DNA from: a virus | Reading direction: 5' to 3' (one strand) | Length of the DNA stretch: 64,000 nucleotides | IMG/VR virus record: IMGVR_UViG_3300023210_000021 | Location: 19,833 to 83,832 of that record | Shown here: one piece after another, positions 9,117-19,226 of the stretch | Layout: every line of letters begins with the position of its first letter | Position numbering within the stretch: position 1 is the first letter of the stretch | Notes under the pieces: model-generated | What the model was told of the DNA's origin: nothing | Databases searched by the model: none | The model's input: only the letters and a program-made list of their open reading frames with translations | Position numbers and translations under genes: made by a program

Positions 9117-12100
9117 TTATGAACAATCATATATTAATTCATCGTATTTATCCCACTCAGGATCCCCTACAATTGTTACATCACCTTCATACTCATTTGT
9201 ATCATATATCTGAGTGATAAATACTTTGTTAAATTGAGTTATAGGGTCATAAGAGTTAATAACCTCTTGTGCCTTTATAGTTGGTCCGTCATATACCTCA
9301 GATTGACCATTACCCGATTCACCAATTATCACCGTTTCCGTTAATTCAACACATAACCTTTCTTCACCTATAGATTCTGTAGTAACACCTTCTAATGTAC
9401 ATTCAGTACCATTGATTAATCCATCAGTATTTTCATAAAAGTAATTTAATGCGTATCTCTTATATGAGTGTTTAGGTTGATCAAATATGTGGTTTCTATA
9501 TACTTTACCAGAATTATCACAACCATCCATAATAGTGGTAGCTGGTATTACTTGTTCTAATAAATCTAACCAATAATCACCAATTAAATCAGTAAACTCA
9601 AATAAATTATTATAATCTAAATGCCCACTTAATTCTTTACCACAATTACTTGCTTGTAGATATAATTCATAAAAACCAGCCAACAACGGATAGCCACCTA
9701 ACACTTGTCTACTCTTAACATCGATTAGATTAGACACTACCATCGCGTCCATATTTTCTTTAACATTAATCTCTGATGGTTTAAAATCTAAAAAGTCTAA
9801 TGGATTTACTTCTATATATTTTTGTTCTGTTGAGCATCCAGTACAACTTATTATCGCAGCTTCTTTACTAATAGAGACACAAGTAAATTCATCCCCACAC
9901 GTTTGTAACGCAAATCCAGATGGGCAACTAAAACCACTATTTTCACCTAAATCAAAGACACCACCATTATTTCTTATTGTTTCTGTTGAGAATATCGTAA
10001 CAGCACTTAAAGCTGATTCGGTGGTGATACCAGTTAATGTTGGTATATCTGCATCATAAATCTCAGCACCAAATCTTGCTTTACTCCCATCATTTTTTGC
10101 CTCCATTTCAAAAATATTACGACCACCAGATAATTCTATATTAAAAATGTGCCAATAATTAAAATTGAATGTTGACCCCTGATTCATTTCCATATATGTC
10201 GACCCATTAACTTTAAGACGTATTCTATTATCGGCAGCCATACCAATAGTGTATGACCCACCACTGATGGTGTCAACACAAAAACTAAAACCTATCCATT
10301 CACCCACTGGTAACCTATCTCCGTTACTAACACTTAATGTTGTCCATACACCTACATCATTTAACCTACCATTTTTTGTGTTGTCATTCTGCCCCCAAAG
10401 AGTATTTTCAATTATATTTAATGGTATTATTTCGGTTGGGGTGTTGTCATTAAATTTATTATTACTATCTAATGTTATTGGTAATTTATTACTATCAACA
10501 TTAGAGTAAAATCTTCCACCCCTATAACCATATGACACTAGTGTATTTGACCCACCGACATTTAAAATTGTACCATTAGCAATTGCTAGTTCTTCTTCAA
10601 TTTTTGTACATGTTACATTATCACCTTCTAAGGTATAACCATCTGAACAAGTTATACACTCACTACCGCCACTAAAAACCTCACATACACACACTGTCGT
10701 GTATCCAGTAATTAAGCAATCTGACTTTGTAACCGCTGATGTTGTTCCAGTACAAGCTGATGATGAACAATCAATTTGTTGCCAGAAATTATAAACATCA
10801 CATTCTATCGCCTTAGCTGCATCTATTCTAAATGTTGCTGACTTAGAATTTAATACTAAGTGTTCATGATTAACTTCATAATCTGCATTTCTATATTCTA
10901 AATCTAACCATAACCTTTCTTGTGGTTTTTCGAATTTTATAATCTTTGTTGTATTGTCTAATTGTGCTGGTAGGTTACAGCTATTAATTCCTGGTACATC
11001 TACTACCTCAGTTACACCACCATCACTAAATACCCAAGATTTCTTATCATCTATAACACAACTTAAATCAAATGATGGACAACTCTCCATAGAGAATTTT
11101 CTTTCTATCTCATCTGTTTCGATATTGATTTGTATATTATCAATCAATACACAAACATCACATTCAAAGTTTTTGATTGCTACACCGATAAAGAATGGTC
11201 TATCTGGGTAAAGTGTTTTTAGTTGCATTAGTTGCACATCTGATATCGGTAATGATGTATGTTTCCAATTAGCAACAAATGTATTCTGAGTAACTGACTC
11301 ATCACCATACCTTTCCCTCATTTTAACAAACATAGCCTGTTCTATAGCATTAACCTTAGTTGTGTCACCTTCGAATATAATACCAGTATAATCCTCATAA
11401 GGATCAAATTCCCAAACCGTTGTTGTTAGACTATCTATTGTTGTGTACCTTTGATTTAAATCAACAGTGGTTGTTCCAATATTGTTATCCACCTCTAATG
11501 TTAAACAAACCTCTAGATCATCCACATAATTTAATACCTGCTCAATTTGATCAGCTAAATATTGTTGGTAATTTTGCTCCCTTTCGGTATTAAGGTTATC
11601 ATAACAATTCTTGGCATCAATAAGAGCTATTTCTCTACCACTACCAGCTAACATTAAAAGGTTTTCTAAATCATCTAACACCCGCACATTACAACAACTT
11701 AATGATGTTATCTCTGTTGTAAGGTTTCTAATATTTATGTTAATAAGTTTTATTGATTCTTTAATTTCAGAAGTTGTAATAGCACACTCTTCTTTAGTAT
11801 TTTCTAATTGTGTTGAAATTTCATCACAAATAGTTTGTTGTTCACCTAAAAGAATAAGTTGTTGGTTTATTTGTGACGTAATCACCTGTATTTGAGAATT
11901 ACTATTTATAATATTTTGTTGGTTAGCAGCTAATTGAGCCGGGTCATGACCACTTTTTGGGGGGTTATCAATATAATTCTGTGATACGCTAATTGAGTTT
12001 TGTAAATCTAATATTAAAGTGCTATAAGATTTTATAGTATTGTTTATACTTTCAATAGTTTTATTACATTCCGATAAATTATTTTCATAACCTTCTATTG

Positions 12101-15100
12101 TTCTTTTACACTCTTTTTTAAGGGTTGATAAAGTAACTAACAATTCTCTTTTTTCGGCAATTAATTCGGTAAGATTACTTTCAAGTGTTTCTCTCTGATC
12201 GATACAATCCTCAATTTCTTCTTTTGCAAGTTGTAGTTGATTAATCATTACCCAATACCCCTCAATTATTTTAGAGTAAATACCACATTCTGCTGGTATA
12301 GTTAAATAGCACACATTTTCTGTTGTGATTAATTGTGTAAAATCAATACATTTTTCACCGTCATAATTAAAAGTAGTGAGATCAATGCAGGTGATACCAC
12401 TTACCACACTCCCATATGTGTTCGTTAAAGTTAATAAATCACTAATATAAGAATCATAATTGTTTTCTGTTGTTGTGCCATTACTCTCAATTAACCCATT
12501 AAACTGAGTATTAATTTCGTTTACATTTGTTGTATGTATATTACCCCATTCACTAGTAGAGACTAATTCACCACCCAAAGCTTGACAACACCCACTATTT
12601 GGTTCAGATTGTAACCCCGGTGTTTGCCACACATCAATATTAATATCATCAAAATAAGGTATGTATTGTGAAGTATTAATATCACCTAACCCAACATAAT
12701 TTGGGTTAACTTCCGACCACTCAATTACACTATTTAAATCGACTATTTGTTTGTTATTTCTTAAATCATCTAATACATTATCATATTCTGTAAAGGTTAC
12801 CCAGTTCATACAATTAACATCATATAAACTATTATCGTATTGGGGATAATGGAACCCACATGTATTATTAGAAGCACAACCTAATAAACTTTCTGCATCA
12901 TACTTAATCATTATATCTGCCTGAATGTCAATTTCACATTTACCATCTACCTCTTTTGGTAAATAAAACCCATTCCACTCATTTGCTGCGAATACCATTT
13001 TAACATCCGATACATCAGTACAGGTGATAAAATCAGGATCAACACATTTTTTAATTGTATTTACCGAGCTATTGGGTGAAACTCCATTGGTTGCGAATTG
13101 GGTATCACCATTGGATCTATTTATATCTCGGATATTGGATGGTATATTTTCTGATCCCGGACCAACACTTCCTTCATCACAAACAACTGGTATTAAACTA
13201 CCATCAACCCCACTTTGTTTAAAACAACCAAACGTATATCCTTTCGCACTACAACAATTTTTATATAACTCCCTATCTTCTGGTAGGTTAAAAACTTCAC
13301 CATCTACATCGGTAACTTCAAATGATACAAAACCAGTTAGTTGATCAACCTTTGGTTGCCATACAGTACAATCATTTAATTCAGGGTTTTCAAACGCGGA
13401 GTCAAAATTTGCTGATGTAATATCAATAGTGGTGAATTTTAAATACACACCATTATTTAATCTATTGTATTGACCACCTAATGTATTATATATGGAAGTA
13501 TCCATATTAAGGTTACCACCAATTTCATACTCACTAACTCTTTTTTCTGCATTATAAGTAGTCTGTTTTTGTTGGTTACTAATATCTGACTCATACGATT
13601 GGTATAATGATTGTCTAGCATCAAGTACACTTTTTATTTCTATTGTGGTTTTACTATCCGGGCCAAATTTTGCCAATGAAGTTTCATATTCTTTATTAAT
13701 AACATCTAATGATTCAAGTGATACCGCTGTATTTGTTTCAGTGCTATTATTACCCTGTTGTAATGAATTGTCGTTACATACCACATTACCATCCTCATTA
13801 ATAGAAAACAAATAACCATACCACACACAACACTCCGCTGATACGTTTGTAACAACTGGTGGGGATTGTAATACATTCCACCCATTTTCATCTAAAATAG
13901 TTAAACCCTCAATACTACCTTTAAAACATGTTTCGGTAACATACCCTAAATTTAAATAACCACTAAGACTTCCACTATCTGTTTGGAACAATATTTCTGG
14001 TGTTAATCCATTACTTTCACCAATGGGTGTTATTTGATAGTAACAATTTAAAGACACCTCTGAAATCGAAAAATAAATATTTTCACTATTTGATTCTGCA
14101 ATATTAACTGATGGTACATTGGTATTACCATCCGTTTGTTCCCAAACAACAATACCGTCTGTTCCGGTAGCTGATGGTACTAAACCATTACAAGGTGCGG
14201 ATCTAGCACAATAACAAGCTTCTTTACCGTTTTGAAATGTGAAGTCTTTATAAACACCCCCATTCGCAACACAACACACTGGAAAGTCGTCAAATAAAAC
14301 TTTATTATCATCACTATCTGTGAAATATATAAATGGTGCTGAATCAGCGTCATCAACCAAAACCCATTCATCACATGGATTAGTATCTGTCTTATTATTA
14401 ACCCCAACACATAACTCTATACAAGAATTATCATTACAAACACTACCAGCATTTACACTACCAAAATAATTTATACTCGCAATCTCATTGTTTCGTTTAA
14501 TTATCTCCCATTCAGGACTATATTGTAAATAAGGCTCTTCTTGTATTTTTAATACCCATTCATCATATTCTTTCTTAGCATTAATACATAACTCCTCTAA
14601 AATTGTACTAGGTGCGTTTTCAACCGTACCACCAGATAATGGTGGGCAACTATTATCAATTGTTGCTGTTAAATTTATACATTCACTTAACAACTGATTG
14701 GTTGTTGTTAATGGTGAAGCGTATAAATCGAATGTTGTCGGCATACCATTTATAAATCCGTAATTATAGTTTATAAATAAATTTTCATATAATCTAGTAT
14801 GAGCACTAAATACTGTATTCGTTGGTGAGTATCCTGGAATGAAGCAATCTGATGTGAAGTAATTTACGTATTCTCTACCAGCATCGTATGGTCCAACATG
14901 TGGGTTGTTACCACTATTTAAATCTAAACTAGAATTATCCCCACCAGTTTCTCTGTACCAACCCCCGCCTTTTTGGAAGTATATCTCCTGTGGATCACTA
15001 AATATTGTATTACCAGATGCGTCAATGAATGATAAAATTCTTTGATCACCGTTTTGTGGCGGTAATGGATACCCATTTTCATCAAAGGGTAAATTAGTTA

Positions 15101-16673
15101 TGTCTACATCACCAGTGTAAAGGTATAACATCCTTTTTACTTGTTCCACATCTAATGGTTTATCTGCCACATATACGTGTTCATCAAACACCACTATAGA
15201 TTCTGGTGCACCAATAAATCTAAATAAAAATTCTATTGCCTTTCTAGCTCCTTTTGATTTCCACAACCAAGCGATGTTAAGTATAATTCTTCTATATAAT
15301 TCAATATCTAATTCTTGTAGTGTTAAGTTTCTTGATGTACCACTAAATTCCCCCTTACCATTACTCGGTAATAAACTTTTATTTAAATCTATATCTGAAA
15401 GGAAATCAACACCATCAAAACCCAACATCCAAGCTAAATCTTTAACTAAGGTATCAGGAACATTATCTTTTTTATCGTAAGTAACAACGTGAGCGTATTT
15501 TATACCATTTATGTATTTCTTAACCTCATCAAATTCTCTACCATAAATATTTAATAAACTTGTTGCCTTAGCACCATCATTTATTAAGTCATCACCATCA
15601 CATCTAGGTGCAGTATCAAAACTATTAATAATTTCCGCAGTATACTTCCTAACCATTAAGTTAGTTTGTGTGTCGTCATACCCCTCAGTTATATTAACCA
15701 ATTGTTCTGCATAACTATTATATATGCCGTCAAAGAAATTAAGGTTATAACCATCATCCATTAATGGGAAAGTTAGTTTTGTATTTGTATAAACAATAAT
15801 ACCACCACTACCTTCTTGTGGGTAAGATAATTCTATAGTATATATTGGGTTTGTTAACCTATTTAAAATGTTCCTTTGGAATTCATTTAACCCACTGAAA
15901 AATCCCTCTCTCTCTTGCTCGTTTGGTTTAATAAAATATGGTATGGATCCACTATTACCAGTTAACGTTGGGAATACTTCTTTATCAACCACAACATTAA
16001 TAATATCATTTGTTGTTGTTGTTGACCCAGTAAATTCTTTTAACTTAAATTCAACCCCATTAACATCTATAATATAAGAAAGATAATTAACCGTCATATT
16101 TCTTAGTGTAGACAATTCTTCTGAATCATTAACTAATGATGCGTCCTTAGTGTATTTAATACTAAATGGGTTAATAAAATATTTTGTCGGTATGGTTATC
16201 GTTGATGTGTCGGAAATTGGATCATAAGAATAATTAGTAATGTTATCCCCACTAATAGATCCAACTTTATTGTCAACATATATCGCTCCAGGCCATTTAT
16301 TAGAAATATCACCTAATGATACCCTTGCAAACTCTTTGAAGTTGCCATACCACACATAATGTAGTGGGTTTGTAATATCTAAATTTAACTGAGTTTTTAG
16401 ATTACCTTCAATTGTTAAATAAGTTGTATCGTCTGATGATATGTCATCTAAACAGAAATAATCTGAAAAAGTACCCGTTTTAAATACCCTATCGGGTTTT
16501 GGGTCAAGGTTTGTAGTAACCGTAAAGTTACCCATAGTAAATAACGTTACACCACCTTCTGATGTAAACTGGTTACCTACTAAATTTTCACTAAAATCTC
16601 TATATTCAATGTTATCATTAAAAAAGACTCTTTGCGCATACCCAGATACTTTTACTCTGTTATTATTAGCCAT
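9117..16673 (-). CDS. giant baseplate/virion protein (2518 aa), wedge-like N-terminal part, Cys-rich, coiled coil
   Basis: WLWKSKGARKAIEFLFRFIG resembles the KGT..AI motif of baseplate wedge (P2 gpI/T4 gp7-type) proteins; heptad-rich segment near 11600-12260; frequent Cys and CC pairs. Confidence 0.6.
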   Translation of the reverse strand: MANNNRVKVSGYAQRVFFNDNIEYRDFSENLVGNQFTSEGGVTLFTMGNFTVTTNLDPKPDRVFKTGTFSDYFCLDDISSDDTTYLTIEGNLKTQLNLDITNPLHYVWYGNFKEFARVSLGDISNKWPGAIYVDNKVGSISGDNITNYSYDPISDTSTITIPTKYFINPFSIKYTKDASLVNDSEELSTLRNMTVNYLSYIIDVNGVEFKLKEFTGSTTTTNDIINVVVDKEVFPTLTGNSGSIPYFIKPNEQEREGFFSGLNEFQRNILNRLTNPIYTIELSYPQEGSGGIIVYTNTKLTFPLMDDGYNLNFFDGIYNSYAEQLVNITEGYDDTQTNLMVRKYTAEIINSFDTAPRCDGDDLINDGAKATSLLNIYGREFDEVKKYINGIKYAHVVTYDKKDNVPDTLVKDLAWMLGFDGVDFLSDIDLNKSLLPSNGKGEFSGTSRNLTLQELDIELYRRIILNIAWLWKSKGARKAIEFLFRFIGAPESIVVFDEHVYVADKPLDVEQVKRMLYLYTGDVDITNLPFDENGYPLPPQNGDQRILSFIDASGNTIFSDPQEIYFQKGGGWYRETGGDNSSLDLNSGNNPHVGPYDAGREYVNYFTSDCFIPGYSPTNTVFSAHTRLYENLFINYNYGFINGMPTTFDLYASPLTTTNQLLSECINLTATIDNSCPPLSGGTVENAPSTILEELCINAKKEYDEWVLKIQEEPYLQYSPEWEIIKRNNEIASINYFGSVNAGSVCNDNSCIELCVGVNNKTDTNPCDEWVLVDDADSAPFIYFTDSDDNKVLFDDFPVCCVANGGVYKDFTFQNGKEACYCARSAPCNGLVPSATGTDGIVVWEQTDGNTNVPSVNIAESNSENIYFSISEVSLNCYYQITPIGESNGLTPEILFQTDSGSLSGYLNLGYVTETCFKGSIEGLTILDENGWNVLQSPPVVTNVSAECCVWYGYLFSINEDGNVVCNDNSLQQGNNSTETNTAVSLESLDVINKEYETSLAKFGPDSKTTIEIKSVLDARQSLYQSYESDISNQQKQTTYNAEKRVSEYEIGGNLNMDTSIYNTLGGQYNRLNNGVYLKFTTIDITSANFDSAFENPELNDCTVWQPKVDQLTGFVSFEVTDVDGEVFNLPEDRELYKNCCSAKGYTFGCFKQSGVDGSLIPVVCDEGSVGPGSENIPSNIRDINRSNGDTQFATNGVSPNSSVNTIKKCVDPDFITCTDVSDVKMVFAANEWNGFYLPKEVDGKCEIDIQADIMIKYDAESLLGCASNNTCGFHYPQYDNSLYDVNCMNWVTFTEYDNVLDDLRNNKQIVDLNSVIEWSEVNPNYVGLGDINTSQYIPYFDDINIDVWQTPGLQSEPNSGCCQALGGELVSTSEWGNIHTTNVNEINTQFNGLIESNGTTTENNYDSYISDLLTLTNTYGSVVSGITCIDLTTFNYDGEKCIDFTQLITTENVCYLTIPAECGIYSKIIEGYWVMINQLQLAKEEIEDCIDQRETLESNLTELIAEKRELLVTLSTLKKECKRTIEGYENNLSECNKTIESINNTIKSYSTLILDLQNSISVSQNYIDNPPKSGHDPAQLAANQQNIINSNSQIQVITSQINQQLILLGEQQTICDEISTQLENTKEECAITTSEIKESIKLININIRNLTTEITSLSCCNVRVLDDLENLLMLAGSGREIALIDAKNCYDNLNTEREQNYQQYLADQIEQVLNYVDDLEVCLTLEVDNNIGTTTVDLNQRYTTIDSLTTTVWEFDPYEDYTGIIFEGDTTKVNAIEQAMFVKMRERYGDESVTQNTFVANWKHTSLPISDVQLMQLKTLYPDRPFFIGVAIKNFECDVCVLIDNIQINIETDEIERKFSMESCPSFDLSCVIDDKKSWVFSDGGVTEVVDVPGINSCNLPAQLDNTTKIIKFEKPQERLWLDLEYRNADYEVNHEHLVLNSKSATFRIDAAKAIECDVYNFWQQIDCSSSACTGTTSAVTKSDCLITGYTTVCVCEVFSGGSECITCSDGYTLEGDNVTCTKIEEELAIANGTILNVGGSNTLVSYGYRGGRFYSNVDSNKLPITLDSNNKFNDNTPTEIIPLNIIENTLWGQNDNTKNGRLNDVGVWTTLSVSNGDRLPVGEWIGFSFCVDTISGGSYTIGMAADNRIRLKVNGSTYMEMNQGSTFNFNYWHIFNIELSGGRNIFEMEAKNDGSKARFGAEIYDADIPTLTGITTESALSAVTIFSTETIRNNGGVFDLGENSGFSCPSGFALQTCGDEFTCVSISKEAAIISCTGCSTEQKYIEVNPLDFLDFKPSEINVKENMDAMVVSNLIDVKSRQVLGGYPLLAGFYELYLQASNCGKELSGHLDYNNLFEFTDLIGDYWLDLLEQVIPATTIMDGCDNSGKVYRNHIFDQPKHSYKRYALNYFYENTDGLINGTECTLEGVTTESIGEERLCVELTETVIIGESGNGQSEVYDGPTIKAQEVINSYDPITQFNKVFITQIYDTNEYEGDVTIVGDPEWDKYDELIYDCS

Positions 16674-16681
16674 TATAAAAT

Positions 16682-17587
16682 TTAGAAATCAGTAATGTTA
16701 TCAAAATCCTTTGTCTCATCAATCTGCTCTCGCTCTTCTCGCACTTCATACAGTGGTTTACCAGAGAATTTATCCTTAACTTCATATAAGTTGTATTGAC
16801 GATAAATCTGTTCCCCAAAGTTGTATATTGTGTAAATACCATCATCGAGAGATTTTGTCTGAGGACCATACAACGCATAAGCAAGAGTTTCATTATCATG
16901 CTCTACCATTTCTACTTCTAACATTATAGGGTTAAAAAACGTATTTGTTATTATAACTTCTTGACCCGGCTCACCAATGAATGGTATTGCGTTAGGTTTT
17001 ACTGAAGGTGCGGATGAAGGTGTCATAGTACAAAACACTAAGTTAGAATTATCATTAAATCTATATCTTAATGCTTTTTGTGATGTATTTGACAAATTCT
17101 CACTTACCGCCTCAGCGTAGTTGTTTGATGTTACTACCCTGTAGAAGTTTTGAATTTTCTTTTCTTCTGACGCTGGGTTAGTTGTTAGATATTCCATTCT
17201 ATACCCAACTAAGTTACCATTATTGAATCTGACTCTATCACCTGATGGTACATTATTTATATCTAAAATTACACCAACAACATCTGGTTTAGATGATAAT
17301 ACACCACAATCAATAATGGTGGTTTTAATTTCTTTTGGCCTAATGATGATAGTATAAATTCCTTTATTACCAAAATCAGAAGCTGGTAGTTTAAGTGTAT
17401 ATAAACCACCAAATATTTGACCGACATTTTCAGGATTGTCAACCTTAATTAGATTTTGTGATGGGTCTAATTTTATTAAATCAACATCACCAACCTGATC
17501 CCTATTAGGGGTATAGTGATACCACATTTCCACATCGTTAGGTGAAACATCAGCTGATCTTACTGTACCATAATTACCTGTTGCCAT
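16682..17587 (-). CDS. putative virion structural protein (301 aa)
   Basis: Long ORF tightly packed in the structural operon; beta-strand-rich composition. Confidence 0.6.
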   Translation of the reverse strand: MATGNYGTVRSADVSPNDVEMWYHYTPNRDQVGDVDLIKLDPSQNLIKVDNPENVGQIFGGLYTLKLPASDFGNKGIYTIIIRPKEIKTTIIDCGVLSSKPDVVGVILDINNVPSGDRVRFNNGNLVGYRMEYLTTNPASEEKKIQNFYRVVTSNNYAEAVSENLSNTSQKALRYRFNDNSNLVFCTMTPSSAPSVKPNAIPFIGEPGQEVIITNTFFNPIMLEVEMVEHDNETLAYALYGPQTKSLDDGIYTIYNFGEQIYRQYNLYEVKDKFSGKPLYEVREEREQIDETKDFDNITDF

Positions 17588-17589
17588 TA

Positions 17590-18357
17590 TTAAACATTTT
17601 TATTTATTAAGTAACCGTTTCTAAATTCACTTATGTCGTCTACGGTTTTTATTTCTGCCAATACCATATGTTTTTCAAATATATCTTCCCCACCTCTTTC
17701 TATAAATACATCACTTTGTACTTCTTGTGGAAAAACTATACCTAAAAATTCTTCTTCTTTTGTAATGGCAGATAAACTAGTATTAAATTCTGTCCTACCA
17801 TTAGTTTTATAATTAAACGTTGTCTTTTTATAACGATCATTATCACCCGTTTCAGGATCAATGTTATCAACATACTCGTTCAAATAGGTTGAATAATGTA
17901 TTCCAGTATCTGTAATATCATTAGGATTTGCGCCTAATGTATAGTTTACTACATTATTCGATATACTATCTACACCATCGAAAGTAAATTCTATATCATC
18001 CGCCATATTAATACCACTACTAAATGATGGCTTACTATTTAAAGGGTTAATAATATAACTCTGAACCTCTATTAAGTTTCCATCGTCTGTTGATCCAGTC
18101 ACTGTAGACTCACCATTATAATACATACCAATAGTAACACCTGTTGGTCTACCTATACCTATGAAATCGGCAGGTGGTGTAGTTAATAATGGTGATGTTT
18201 GTATAAAAGGCATGTCAGTAAATAACCCCATATCATCAAACTTTTGTGTAAGAAATATTGATATGTTAAATGTTGTCGCAGTTAAAACACCATACGTTGA
18301 TCCTGTCATCCTATCAATACTATTCTCCAATAATATTTTTCTTCTAATTATTTCCAT
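17590..18357 (-). CDS. putative virion structural protein (255 aa)
   Basis: ORF packed in the structural operon. Confidence 0.55.
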   Translation of the reverse strand: MEIIRRKILLENSIDRMTGSTYGVLTATTFNISIFLTQKFDDMGLFTDMPFIQTSPLLTTPPADFIGIGRPTGVTIGMYYNGESTVTGSTDDGNLIEVQSYIINPLNSKPSFSSGINMADDIEFTFDGVDSISNNVVNYTLGANPNDITDTGIHYSTYLNEYVDNIDPETGDNDRYKKTTFNYKTNGRTEFNTSLSAITKEEEFLGIVFPQEVQSDVFIERGGEDIFEKHMVLAEIKTVDDISEFRNGYLINKNV

Positions 18358-19226
18358 TATTGTTGTTCGTTAGGGGCTATTTGATAAAACGTTATTGTGG
18401 GGGTACCTGTCGATACATTCCAGTCAACACCATTTTGTATGGTTAATTTCTCAAATGTATACTTATAAACACCATTATCATTTTTTAAGATGCACTTTAA
18501 AAATAAACCACCATTCGATCCGTTAATGTCAGCCAACTGAATGTCGTTTATATCTGATGTTGTTTTAGTGTACAATGCAGATGTAATACCACTCATTGCA
18601 TTACTGTAAGTCGCTGTCATATACATCTCATATTCTTGATTTGGCGCGTCGTCAATCAAATCTTGATACCAATACATATGAAAACCCTGATGAATACTTT
18701 CGGGTTTTAATTGTGGATCACCTATTCTATAACTTATAGGTACGTTATCCGATTCTTTTACCTGTCCAGTGTCTTCTTTTTGATCATCACCTATTTGTGT
18801 GTAGATTGTACTAATTGTTAATAACTTATTGTTTTGGGTATTTGTGGAGTCAAAATATGATAAAGTTAAAAAACTATTCATTAACCTATTTGTTCGACAA
18901 AATACATCTGAGTCAGTAAAATCTATATCACCATAGTTAGATGGTGTTTGACTATATACTGGTGGTGTATTATTGTTAAACATAGTTAATTGTAATTTAA
19001 ATTCATCAACTACCTCCCAGTTACCATTTTTTATTATTGCAGGTTTAAGTCTAACCTTTTTATAATCAGTTATCGGATTTATTGACTTAACCACCTCATC
19101 CTTAACAAACTTATCCTCTATTAACTCCGAATTATCTACAGGTGTAAAATCTAACCTAATAGGGATATTAATAGACGTATTATTTGTAGTCTTATCGTAT
19201 CTTATTTCGTATTTCTTAACAAACAT
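18357..19226 (-). CDS. putative virion structural protein (289 aa)
   Basis: ORF overlapping both neighbours, consistent with translational coupling. Confidence 0.55.
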   Translation of the reverse strand: MFVKKYEIRYDKTTNNTSINIPIRLDFTPVDNSELIEDKFVKDEVVKSINPITDYKKVRLKPAIIKNGNWEVVDEFKLQLTMFNNNTPPVYSQTPSNYGDIDFTDSDVFCRTNRLMNSFLTLSYFDSTNTQNNKLLTISTIYTQIGDDQKEDTGQVKESDNVPISYRIGDPQLKPESIHQGFHMYWYQDLIDDAPNQEYEMYMTATYSNAMSGITSALYTKTTSDINDIQLADINGSNGGLFLKCILKNDNGVYKYTFEKLTIQNGVDWNVSTGTPTITFYQIAPNEQQ

